DNA from: Bdellovibrionota bacterium
GTDB lineage: Bacteria; Bdellovibrionota_C; UBA2361; JBIKUX01
Length of the DNA stretch: 64,000 bases
Assembly: GCA_044347345.1 (NCBI GenBank)
Contig: JBIKUX010000007.1
Coordinates: 1-64,000 of the forward strand
Direction of reading: 5' to 3'
The position numbers and the translations under genes are program-made. The notes under the pieces were generated by a model. That model had not been told where the DNA came from. It ran no database searches and was given only the letters and a program-made list of their open reading frames with translations. Position 1 is the first letter of the stretch. Each line of letters opens with the position of its first letter. Positions 1 through 9,048 of the stretch are shown here, in pieces.

Positions 1-362
1 GGTGGTGGTGGTAGTGATATCTCTCTATTTCGCGCTAATTCTTTTCTTGGTAACAACGCTAGTGAAGCACGGTCTTGCACCTTAAATGCAAAGCGTAAAT
101 CTTTTAAGCACTTGGAGCGTCTCTTTTTATCTGGTTTTTCACAACAATCATAAACTACCTCGCTTATAGTGGCCTGAGCGCCAAGATATGCGTACACATC
201 AGTATCAGAACAACTGGTAGCATCCAAGCATTCATAAAATGGACTCTCAGCCATACAGTACAAAACGTCGTCTAGCTCAGGTTCAGAGCAAGCATAAGCC
301 TTTCCAAATCCACACCAAGACACAGCTACGAGCGCCAAACCCAAATTCTTTAAGCTATACAT
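1..362 (-). CDS. Secreted Cys-rich hypothetical protein, truncated by the left window edge
   Basis: Not in the ORF track. ATG at 362 preceded by AGGA; reads MYSLKNLGLALVAVSWCGFGKAYACSEPELDD... open to position 1; signal-peptide-like start (AYA-C) and many Cys. Confidence 0.65.
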   Translation of the reverse strand, partial: MYSLKNLGLALVAVSWCGFGKAYACSEPELDDVLYCMAESPFYECLDATSCSDTDVYAYLGAQATISEVVYDCCEKPDKKRRSKCLKDLRFAFKVQDRASLALLPRKELARNREISLPPP

Positions 363-537
363 AATTATTTCCTGTACTAAGGCCTATTAATTCCAGCTCT
401 GATGGACGCTTACCCAGAAAAGAGTCGACTAAAAGAAACAACTACTGTAGATTTAGGAAATTTTTTTAATAAGTCTCAATAAAACTTTTAATACTTGCGT
501 TTGCCACTTGTACAAACAAAAGTGCATCAAAAAATAT

Positions 538-1518
538 CTAAAGTATTCGCTTACCTAGCGCTGATTCAAGGAGACCAATGGTGAGTTCAGCAGTTTCACC
601 GGAAGAGTCAAGAGACGGGCAGTATTCCATCATTTCAAGAGTAAGAACCTTAGAGGACGTGGAAATTTCTTCCATCAGAAAATGACTCTCACGGTAGGTA
701 AGACCTCCGCGCACAGTTGAGCCTACTCCAGGGGCGATAAGAGGGTCGCAAACATCAATATCAAAAGAAACGACGAAAGCATCTACTCTTTCATTTAGAA
801 ACTTTAATGCCTGAGTTATCACCGAAGCAATTCCAACAAGGTCAATCTCACGCATTGAAAATACTTTAATACTTCGCTGTGTGAGTAGATAACGCTCTTC
901 TCTATCTATATCACGCAATCCAATATAAACGAGTGAACCGGGCTCAATTTTTGACCCTACACCACCTATTAAATTAAGAATCTCTGGCCCCTCATTAAGT
1001 AGAACTCTAAGAGGCATCCCGTGAATATTGCCACTGGGAGAGCTTTTAGGACTGTTTATATCAGCGTGAGCATCTACCCATAATATTCCAAGCCTAGCTT
1101 CATGACCTAAAGATTGGTTAAGAAAATTTCTAGCGGCAGCAACTGAGGCAATTGAAATAGAATGTTCTCCTCCAATAACAATTGGACGATAGCCCTGAGC
1201 ATAAACTTCACTAAGTCGCTCAAATGTTAGTGCTAAAGATGCAGTAGTAACCTCTAAGTTCCTCACTCCCTCAGAGGTACGAGTTTCATCTATAGGTAAT
1301 GTAGATATTGCTACATTACCTAAATCAACCACTGTTGAATCTATTATTCTCAATCGATCTACTAATCCCTTTGAACGAAGGACCTCAGGTGCAAACCTAG
1401 TTTCAAACCTTCTACCAGAAAAACCTAGAGGAACCCCAAGCAACGCAAAAGGTCGAGTAAAAACTGAATGAGGATTTTTTAAATGTTCAAAATTTTTTGT
1501 TAAGAGTCCGTTAGTCAT
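538..1518 (-). CDS. rocF: Arginase (ureohydrolase family)
   Basis: Motifs GGEHSIS, DAHADIN, SGNIHGMP, SFDIDVCDP and GGLTYRE are all intact. Confidence 0.9.
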   Translation of the reverse strand: MTNGLLTKNFEHLKNPHSVFTRPFALLGVPLGFSGRRFETRFAPEVLRSKGLVDRLRIIDSTVVDLGNVAISTLPIDETRTSEGVRNLEVTTASLALTFERLSEVYAQGYRPIVIGGEHSISIASVAAARNFLNQSLGHEARLGILWVDAHADINSPKSSPSGNIHGMPLRVLLNEGPEILNLIGGVGSKIEPGSLVYIGLRDIDREERYLLTQRSIKVFSMREIDLVGIASVITQALKFLNERVDAFVVSFDIDVCDPLIAPGVGSTVRGGLTYRESHFLMEEISTSSKVLTLEMMEYCPSLDSSGETAELTIGLLESALGKRIL

Positions 1519-1946
1519 GATGCAGGAGTAAGATTAAGAAACGGTAAGTAAAGTGACCCTTATTTTTTGTTTACTGTTTAGATGCTATCTTTAACGTCGG
1601 CTTTAATCTTAAAAAGTACCTTTTTCTACCTTTGGCAAGGCGTCTCCTAAACAAAAATTTGGTGGGAGACTTATACCACCTAGAAGTGACAAATTTCAAA
1701 TTAGATAACCTTCGCCTGCCTACTACACTTCGTACGCTATTAAACATTATTTCTATTCCAACAATATTGCTAATTTTGCTGTAGATATCTTTGTGAGCTC
1801 TCTCTTTTTCACTAACAAAATTATCTACAATCAAAACCTAACTGGCTACCACAACAAGAGTTATGAATGAATCATAAAAAAAGTTGCTCCTCATACTATT
1901 TTTTTCTGAAGCAAAAACGCTTTACATGAAGATGCAAACTTCTTGA

Positions 1947-2762
1947 CTATATATTCCTAATACGGGGGATATCAGCAGCCCCAGGATAAGACAGAATATT
2001 TCTTCTTCGATTTCGATAAAATTGATAAGAAGTAATCAAACAATTTAAAGCATAAGGAATGCCATTTACATGGCAAATTTCGTCCCCATAGTAGGTGGGT
2101 ATTGGACGCTCCACAATACGCATATTACGCTCAGCCAGGGCGAGAATAATCTGAGTGTCAAAATGCCAAGTATTTGTAAATGACTGAAAAGGCACCTGTC
2201 GTAATGCCTTAGTAGCATAAAGACGATAACCCGAATGATACTCTGAGAGAACTAGCCCAGATAATCTATTCTGTATAACGGTGAGAATCTTATTACCAAC
2301 AAACTTATAGAGAGGCATCCCACCTTTTAAGGCCGTGTAGCCCTGAGCCATTCTTGATCCAAACACCATGTCGGCCTCACCAGAGACAAGAGGCTCAAGT
2401 AGAGAGCTTAAAACTTCGGGCGCATACTGTCCGTCACCATGCACTAAAGCAACTATATCGAGACCACGGTCAATAGCGTATTGGTATCCAACCTTTTGGT
2501 TGCCGCCGTATCCTTGATTCTGTTGATTCCGATGAACAGTCAGTTTCTCTATATTGTGCTCATGCTTATATCCTAGCGCCGCATAATAAGAATCATCCGT
2601 GCTGCAATCATCAATTACGAATATTTCAGAAACTCTCTCGTAAACTTCAGAGGGTATTCTAGCTATAGTTTTATTGAGGTGCTGAACGGCATTGTATGCA
2701 ATGATGAAAATGCCGATTTTCTTTGTTTCAGAAGTATTAAGATTAGCTTCAGTGACTCCCAC
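1947..2762 (-). CDS. Glycosyltransferase family 2 (polyprenol-phosphate sugar synthase-like)
   Basis: IIAYNA, IDDCSTD, NQGYGGNQK, HGDGQY, FGSRM, SGYRLY, FDTQI and PIPTYYGDE motifs. Confidence 0.88.
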   Translation of the reverse strand: MGVTEANLNTSETKKIGIFIIAYNAVQHLNKTIARIPSEVYERVSEIFVIDDCSTDDSYYAALGYKHEHNIEKLTVHRNQQNQGYGGNQKVGYQYAIDRGLDIVALVHGDGQYAPEVLSSLLEPLVSGEADMVFGSRMAQGYTALKGGMPLYKFVGNKILTVIQNRLSGLVLSEYHSGYRLYATKALRQVPFQSFTNTWHFDTQIILALAERNMRIVERPIPTYYGDEICHVNGIPYALNCLITSYQFYRNRRRNILSYPGAADIPRIRNI

Positions 2763-2806
2763 AAATTTACCCTTATTGTAGATATGTATCGGCTACAATT
2801 TAGCCT

Positions 2807-4306
2807 TTAAGAGCGAACTATACGCCCAACGTAATCATAGCCTAAAACTTCTGTTATCATCACCGGAAAAAATTTTCCCGCAGTGATTACTTCATTAGGC
2901 GGTGCGTCGTTAATAATTATTTTACCGTCAACCTCAGGTGCCTGAAACTCAGCTCGGCCAACAAGTATTAAGTTACTTTCTTCATGAGATCCCTCAACTA
3001 AAACAGGAATAACAGAACCTATAAGCTTTTGAGAGTGACCAGCAACTACACGTTGTTGAGCCTTCATTACCCTACTCAAACGTCGCCCTTTTTCTCCCTC
3101 ACTTACGTGACAATCGAGATTATAAGATTCAGTGCCCTCCTCTTTGGAATATTTAAATACTCCCACATTAGTAAAATGACCCTCACCAACAAAATCTATT
3201 AGATCGCAAACGTCTGCTTCAGTCTCACCAGGAAATCCAACTATAAATGTGGTTCTAATTGTCAAAGCATCACTCGACCACTCACGCATAGACCTTACAA
3301 GAGCACGAGGTGAATACTTACCAAGAGGCCGTTTCATCCTTTTTAGAACTGCCTCACTTGAATGCTGTAAAGGAATGTCTAGGTAATTACAAACTTTAGG
3401 TAGTTCAACAATTGCTCTTATTAAACGCTCGTTTATCCCCAATGGATAAGCATAAAGCAAACGAATCCAATTTAACCCCTCTATTTCATTGAGCCCCTCG
3501 AGAAGATTAATGATGTCAACAGCACTATTTTTACCTTGAGAGGAATCAGAACCGTAAGCAGTTAAATCCTGCCCAACTAATACTACCTCCTGCACTCCGT
3601 CATCAACTAAATACCTTACTTCATCTAGAATAGACTGATAAGGGCGACTTCGCATCGAGCCACGAATCGCTGGTATGACACAAAAAGTACACGGACGGTT
3701 ACATCCCTCAGAGATTTTTACATAGGCTGAGTGTCGTGCAGTTGACCGAACCCGTGGCATGCGCTCATCGTAAAGAAAGTATGGTCTAGCCGCTGATTCA
3801 AGCTCAGTTGAAAAATGACCTAGCCCCGCTTTTCCAGCTTCTAAGAGGTCGTTAGTAGTGAGAAAAGCATCAACTTCTGGGAGTGTGTGTTTTAGGTCAG
3901 TCTTATACCGCTCTACCATGCAGCCAGCTACAATCAAACGGCGAAGCCGACCTTCTTCTTTGTAAGAAGCCGCCTCCAGGATGGCATCAAGGCTTTCTCG
4001 AACTGAACTTTCAAGGAATCCACAAGTATTCACCACTATAACTTCAGCTAGAGCCGGATCGGTAACTATTTCAAACCCCTGATGCTTAAGTGCTCCTAAC
4101 ATAATCTCAGAATCAACCTGATTCTTAGCACAGCCAAGAGTAACAATGGCAGCGTTACCCCGATATTTGGTCGCCTCTACGTGTATCGAAGAAGATGTCT
4201 CTGTACTGCCTTTAATTGAATTAGAAGTGTGAGAAGCGGAACAACTGCCCTCAGAACTGAGTTTGGCAGAGCTGCCTGATGATATAATTGGTAAACTTTT
4301 GCGCAT
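2807..4306 (-). CDS. rimO: Ribosomal protein S12 methylthiotransferase
   Basis: LGCAKNQVDSE, NTCGF, radical-SAM CNRPCTFC, IRTTFIVGFPGET, C-terminal APEVDG TRAM domain. Confidence 0.95.
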   Translation of the reverse strand: MRKSLPIISSGSSAKLSSEGSCSASHTSNSIKGSTETSSSIHVEATKYRGNAAIVTLGCAKNQVDSEIMLGALKHQGFEIVTDPALAEVIVVNTCGFLESSVRESLDAILEAASYKEEGRLRRLIVAGCMVERYKTDLKHTLPEVDAFLTTNDLLEAGKAGLGHFSTELESAARPYFLYDERMPRVRSTARHSAYVKISEGCNRPCTFCVIPAIRGSMRSRPYQSILDEVRYLVDDGVQEVVLVGQDLTAYGSDSSQGKNSAVDIINLLEGLNEIEGLNWIRLLYAYPLGINERLIRAIVELPKVCNYLDIPLQHSSEAVLKRMKRPLGKYSPRALVRSMREWSSDALTIRTTFIVGFPGETEADVCDLIDFVGEGHFTNVGVFKYSKEEGTESYNLDCHVSEGEKGRRLSRVMKAQQRVVAGHSQKLIGSVIPVLVEGSHEESNLILVGRAEFQAPEVDGKIIINDAPPNEVITAGKFFPVMITEVLGYDYVGRIVRS

Positions 4307-4503
4307 GAATTTCTCGTGAACTTTTTTACCCTTATGTTTTGTTAATTAAAGATATTAGCGGTACTTTAGCATGCATCTACAGTTTTTATAGTAATATCCT
4401 GATTTAAATTCTAAAAAGTTTTACTTTTAAATCAATGAAAACAATCGCAAATCAAAGAAAAACTAATAACAAGATAAATAATCGAGCTCAATACTAATTA
4501 AGC

Positions 4504-4650
4504 TTAAACTTTTGGGCTACATCGACACGACATACATTTCTTTTTTTGCTTTAGTTTACTGAACCTAGAAACAAATCCGAATCGAAAGAACAAATATCCA
4601 AAAGCAAAACTTCCGGCGGCAATAATCGCTAACCATTCGAGAGCTGTCAT
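4504..4650 (-). CDS. Small FeoB-associated Cys-rich membrane protein (48 aa)
   Basis: Below the ORF-track cutoff. AGGAG RBS; MTALEWLAIIAAGSFAFGYLFFRFGFVSRFSKLKQKKKCMSCRCSPKV; one TM helix, basic patch, CxxCxC; directly downstream of feoB. Confidence 0.75.
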   Translation of the reverse strand: MTALEWLAIIAAGSFAFGYLFFRFGFVSRFSKLKQKKKCMSCRCSPKV

Positions 4651-4738
4651 TAACTTAAAACTCCTGTACTAGTTGTTGCCGTTCGTTAATCGCGTATCTC
4701 ATCGTTTGTACTGTGGGATAACACATTCTAACTATCAA

Positions 4739-6661
4739 CTATTTGAATATCCACAACGAACCTCTGTATGCTAACCAAGCAGCTACATAAGCCAGAATGG
4801 TCATATAACTAAACATGGCTATTGGCCACCGCCAGCCGCCTGTCTCACGACGAACCACAGCTAAGGTTGAAAAGCATTGACAAGCAAAAACATAAAACAC
4901 CATTAACGATACCACGCCAGCTATAGTAAAACTTCCATCTGCTATTCGCTCGGATAGCGCAGTTGATAGAGAAAATTGGGTAGTCTCCTCATCAGATCCA
5001 CTTAAACTGTAGACTGTGGCCAATGTGCTAACAAAGACTTCTCGTGCGGCAAAAGAACCGATGATTCCTATCGCTATTTCCCATGTATAACCAAGAGGAG
5101 ATACCAAAGGCTCGAGAAAACGCCCAATTTGCCCAGCGTAGCTATTCGCTATATCTCCTTCGACAGGGAAATAAGCAAGCATCCAGAGAATAATTGTGCA
5201 AGCTAAAATCATACTTCCAGCATCACCGACAAATCCCCGCACTCTATCGTAAGCTTGAAGGAATGGAATCTTGAAATTAGGCAACCGAAATGGTGGCATC
5301 TCCATTAAATAATGAGACGGAGCACCATTAAATACGGTCAATCGGAGTATTAAAGCAACGACTGCCGCACTAATAATACCTAAAAAGTATAGGCATAGAA
5401 GAACGATTCCTTGCAGAGAAAATATGCCCCCTACATACCACTCAGGCACTACAGCCGATATAAGCACGGTATAAACTGGAAGTCGCGCACTACAGCTCAT
5501 TAACGGAGCAATTAAAATGGTCGTCATGCGGTCAGCAAAACCACCTATTGAACGAGTTGCTAAAATACCGGGTATCGCACAAGCAAAAGAGCTTAGAAGC
5601 GGGATAAATGCCCTACCTTGAAGTCCAAACGGTCGCATTACACGGTCCATTACATAAGCGGCTCTGGTTAGATAGCCGCTTTCTTCGAGAATACCGAGCA
5701 GAAAGAACAGAATAAAAATCTGAGGTACAAAGACTAAAACACTCCCTACCCCACTTACTATCCCATCAACCACTAAACTTCTTATAACTCCAGATGGTAA
5801 TAAGTCAGAAAACAAACCACCCACCCATACTACACTCTGTTCTATTAACTCCATCGGAAGTGAGGCAAAGTTAAATAACACTTGAAATAAACTCGCCATC
5901 ACTAAAACAAATAATAAAAGACCGATTAATGGATGAGCACAATAGCGATCTATATTAACGGAAATTTCGTAAGCTCTGGTGCGCTCGACTACTTGCACTC
6001 GCTGAGTTATCTGGTACGCCCAAAGATACCGTGCTTCAATTAATCCTTCCTCTGATAATCCTTCCTCTGATAATCTCTGCACCTCCGATGCATAATTCTG
6101 TCGCACTGATGAATCAGATGCTCGGTTTGCAAGTATTTCAATCAAAAATCTAGTCCTATCTTCAGAAGTTCGTATTGAAGGAGTTAATACTGGTAATCCT
6201 AATTCTCGACTTAGAAGCGCTGAGCGAATTGTAATGCCACGAGCGTGAGCAAGCTCCGTCATAGTAAGAACTACTACTACGGGAATATTGAGAGACAACA
6301 GAGCAGCCAACAAAAATAATCCTCGCTCCAGCGCACCCGCATCAATGACTGCGAGAATGAGATCCAGATGAGGAGTTTTTGCGCCTGAGAAAGGCCTAAG
6401 CTCATTTACTGTAACTTTCTCATCAAGAGAGATACCTAGCAAACTGTAAACTCCAGGCAGGTCAATAATCTCAACAGAAGTTCCATCAGGAAGCGAAACT
6501 GATCCCTCTCGTTTTTCTACAGTGACACCAGGATAGTTACCCACTTTGTGACGCAACCCAGTTATCGCATTAAACAGAGAGGTCTTACCACTATTGGGAT
6601 TGCCCACCAAAGCGACACGTTTTACGGGTAGAGCGATTAGGTCATCTGATGCTGGACTCAA
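4739..6661 (-). CDS. feoB: Ferrous iron transport protein B
   Basis: GNPNSGKT, VGNYPGVTVE, DLPGVYSL G-domain; LEESGY, FACAIP, MSCSARLPVY and FAAREVFV membrane domain. Confidence 0.96.
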   Translation of the reverse strand: MSPASDDLIALPVKRVALVGNPNSGKTSLFNAITGLRHKVGNYPGVTVEKREGSVSLPDGTSVEIIDLPGVYSLLGISLDEKVTVNELRPFSGAKTPHLDLILAVIDAGALERGLFLLAALLSLNIPVVVVLTMTELAHARGITIRSALLSRELGLPVLTPSIRTSEDRTRFLIEILANRASDSSVRQNYASEVQRLSEEGLSEEGLIEARYLWAYQITQRVQVVERTRAYEISVNIDRYCAHPLIGLLLFVLVMASLFQVLFNFASLPMELIEQSVVWVGGLFSDLLPSGVIRSLVVDGIVSGVGSVLVFVPQIFILFFLLGILEESGYLTRAAYVMDRVMRPFGLQGRAFIPLLSSFACAIPGILATRSIGGFADRMTTILIAPLMSCSARLPVYTVLISAVVPEWYVGGIFSLQGIVLLCLYFLGIISAAVVALILRLTVFNGAPSHYLMEMPPFRLPNFKIPFLQAYDRVRGFVGDAGSMILACTIILWMLAYFPVEGDIANSYAGQIGRFLEPLVSPLGYTWEIAIGIIGSFAAREVFVSTLATVYSLSGSDEETTQFSLSTALSERIADGSFTIAGVVSLMVFYVFACQCFSTLAVVRRETGGWRWPIAMFSYMTILAYVAAWLAYRGSLWIFK

Positions 6662-6727
6662 AAGTTTTTCTCCACTCCTTACTCCCTATTGACGTCAAAC
6701 TAGTTTATGGCTACTTCGTAATAATTC

Positions 6728-7018
6728 CTACTTTGTAACAATACACACATACACACTATTTGCCTCTTGTCGCCTTAGCGAAAGAAAGAAGCCTCTCAAA
6801 CGTATTGTTATTGGGTCATCTAAAGGGGCTGTATGAAGAATTTCAATACGAGTACCTGGCACAATACCAAAAGAAAGAAGTGCAAGACAGAGCTCTTTAG
6901 AGGGTCCACTTACCCGCACCACGTCACAAATAGTCCCCGGACTAAGAGCTCCTAAATTCCTTTCTTGATCCCCACCACCGACAGAATCTGGCGACTTTAA
7001 TTCGGGGAATTTTTTCAT
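6728..7018 (-). CDS. feoA: Ferrous iron transport protein A
   Basis: LLSFGIVPGTRIEILHTAPLDDPITIRLRGFFLSLRRQEA; upstream of feoB. ATG at 7018 preferred over the longer TTG start. Confidence 0.9.
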   Translation of the reverse strand: MKKFPELKSPDSVGGGDQERNLGALSPGTICDVVRVSGPSKELCLALLSFGIVPGTRIEILHTAPLDDPITIRLRGFFLSLRRQEANSVYVCIVTK

Positions 7019-7104
7019 AGTAAGGCCACGCCACGGATAAAGTGAACTAATTAACCAGTGCAAAGACCCATTACCAGCCCCACGCTGACCAGTCTTAAGC
7101 AACC

Positions 7105-8112
7105 TTATTTAGAATCTTCTTTTCTAAATAGGGAGCGAATACGTTTTCCGACTATTTCAATAGGATGCTCAGCTTGCTTACGCCTGAAGTCGTATAATTT
7201 ACCAAAGTTATTATGCCGGTAATCGTCAAACATCTCTGTTGCAAATGCCCCTGATTCTACCTCATCGAGAATAGTATGCATTATTTTCTTTGTTTCTTCC
7301 GTTATAATTCTAGGTCCTCTAGTATGACCACCAAATTCGGCTGTATTCGATACAACCTCCCACATCCTTTCAAGGCCACCTTCTACAATTAAGTCAACTA
7401 TAAGTTTAGTCTCATGCAAGCACTCGAAATACGCCAGTTCAGCCGGATAGCCTCGCTCAGTCAACACCTCAAATCCAGCCTGAATTAGAGAACTAATACC
7501 ACCACAAAGCACTGCTTGCTCACCAAAAAGGTCGCTAAAGGCCTCTTGCTTAAAGGTACACTCAATAACACCTGCTCTGGTAAATTGCATTGCCTTTGCC
7601 ATACCGAGTGCGATTATGCGAGCCTCACACTCACTATTATCTTTACCAATAGCAAATAGAGCCGGTACACCAAATCCTTGCTTGTAAGCTCTATATTCCT
7701 CCGTTCCCGGGGCTTTAGGAGCTACCATTATACATCCCACTCCTTCTGGTAGATCTATAAGACCCATCACAACATTAAGCCCATGAGAGAAACTTACAAT
7801 ATTTCCAGCGGTTAAATAAGGTCGAATTGTATCTCTGTAAATATCATGTTGAATTTCATCTGGAAGCAAAATATGCACTATATCACCAACTTTAGCAGCA
7901 TCAGGTATTGAGTGAACAGGAATGCCGTCCTCCTTAACTTTCTGCCATGAAGCCCCGTCTTCTCTCACTCCAACTACCACCTTGACACCACTTTCAAATA
8001 ACATCCGTGCTTGGGCTCGACCTTGCGCTCCGTAACCAATGATAGCTACAGTCTTACCCTTGAGTGCTTCGGTGGATGCATCTTCGTCTGTATAAATAGT
8101 AATAGCACTCAT
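7105..8112 (-). CDS. ilvC: Ketol-acid reductoisomerase (class I)
   Basis: IIGYGAQG, LLPDE, FSHG, MVAPKAPG, DLFGEQAVLCGG, AYFECLHE, SNTAEFG. Confidence 0.96.
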   Translation of the reverse strand: MSAITIYTDEDASTEALKGKTVAIIGYGAQGRAQARMLFESGVKVVVGVREDGASWQKVKEDGIPVHSIPDAAKVGDIVHILLPDEIQHDIYRDTIRPYLTAGNIVSFSHGLNVVMGLIDLPEGVGCIMVAPKAPGTEEYRAYKQGFGVPALFAIGKDNSECEARIIALGMAKAMQFTRAGVIECTFKQEAFSDLFGEQAVLCGGISSLIQAGFEVLTERGYPAELAYFECLHETKLIVDLIVEGGLERMWEVVSNTAEFGGHTRGPRIITEETKKIMHTILDEVESGAFATEMFDDYRHNNFGKLYDFRRKQAEHPIEIVGKRIRSLFRKEDSK

Positions 8113-8165
8113 AGATAAAACTCCTTTTTATTTACAAAATATAAATCTAATTTTTTAATACTATT

Positions 8166-8984
8166 TTAAACTAACGACGGAACCATAACAGTAGTGTTAC
8201 CAAAATTAACAGGTGTCACTAAAGTATCAAAGAGCTCAGAGAGCTTTTCTGATGTCAAAATTTCATTCTTTTTACCGTAAGAGAGTATAGTTCCACACTT
8301 CATCAAAGCAACGTGAGTTACTGCTTGAGGAAGCTCCTCAAGATGATGCACTACAAAAATCGAGGGAAGTTTATCGGAAAGCTCTTCCAACACATTAAGT
8401 AACTGAATTCTTGCTCCTATATCCAGACCTTGGCATGGCTCATCAAATACCAAAAGCTTAGGAGAGTGTACCAAGGCTCGAGCGATAAGTGCTCTCTTTT
8501 TTTCTCCATCCGATAAAGAGCCAAAAGTTCTTTGCTCTTTACCTCTTAAACCAAATTGTTGAACTAAACTCAGAGCATACTCAGTCTCATGAGCTGAAAA
8601 TTCCTGCTGAACCACTTTATATTTGTTCATAAAAGAAGGAATGCCGAAGGATGCACTAAAACCGGAAAGAACAACGTCAAAGGTTGTAATTTTAGCCGGA
8701 AACTGATGCTCCATCCTTGAACTAATCATTCCTATTAACTTGCGAGTTTCTCTCAAATCACTCGCTCCTACTAACCGACCAAGTATCTCAACCGTTCCGC
8801 TACTAGGTACTAAGTCTCCGGATAGTACCCGTAAAAAAAAAGATTTTCCTGCTCCATTTGGGCCTAAAATAGCCCAAGTCTGATCTGGTCTTACCTCTAG
8901 GCTACAATTTCTGAGTATACTCACCCCATCTCTGTCGATACCTACATCACAAATAGCTAAGATTGGCTTCACCATATTAAGCAC
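8166..8984 (-). CDS. ABC transporter ATP-binding protein (ModF-like)
   Basis: GPNGAGKS, LSDGEKKR, LLVFDEP, VVHHLEE; no adjacent permease. Confidence 0.85.
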   Translation of the reverse strand: MLNMVKPILAICDVGIDRDGVSILRNCSLEVRPDQTWAILGPNGAGKSFFLRVLSGDLVPSSGTVEILGRLVGASDLRETRKLIGMISSRMEHQFPAKITTFDVVLSGFSASFGIPSFMNKYKVVQQEFSAHETEYALSLVQQFGLRGKEQRTFGSLSDGEKKRALIARALVHSPKLLVFDEPCQGLDIGARIQLLNVLEELSDKLPSIFVVHHLEELPQAVTHVALMKCGTILSYGKKNEILTSEKLSELFDTLVTPVNFGNTTVMVPSLV

Positions 8985-9048
8985 AAAACTTTACTGATGA
9001 TTTATCAAGATACAATATGACCGCACGATATGACTTCACGATATGACT

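Noticed and set aside
1571..1834. 87-aa basic ORF
   Set aside because: TTG start without a clear RBS and no recognisable family; cannot be supported.
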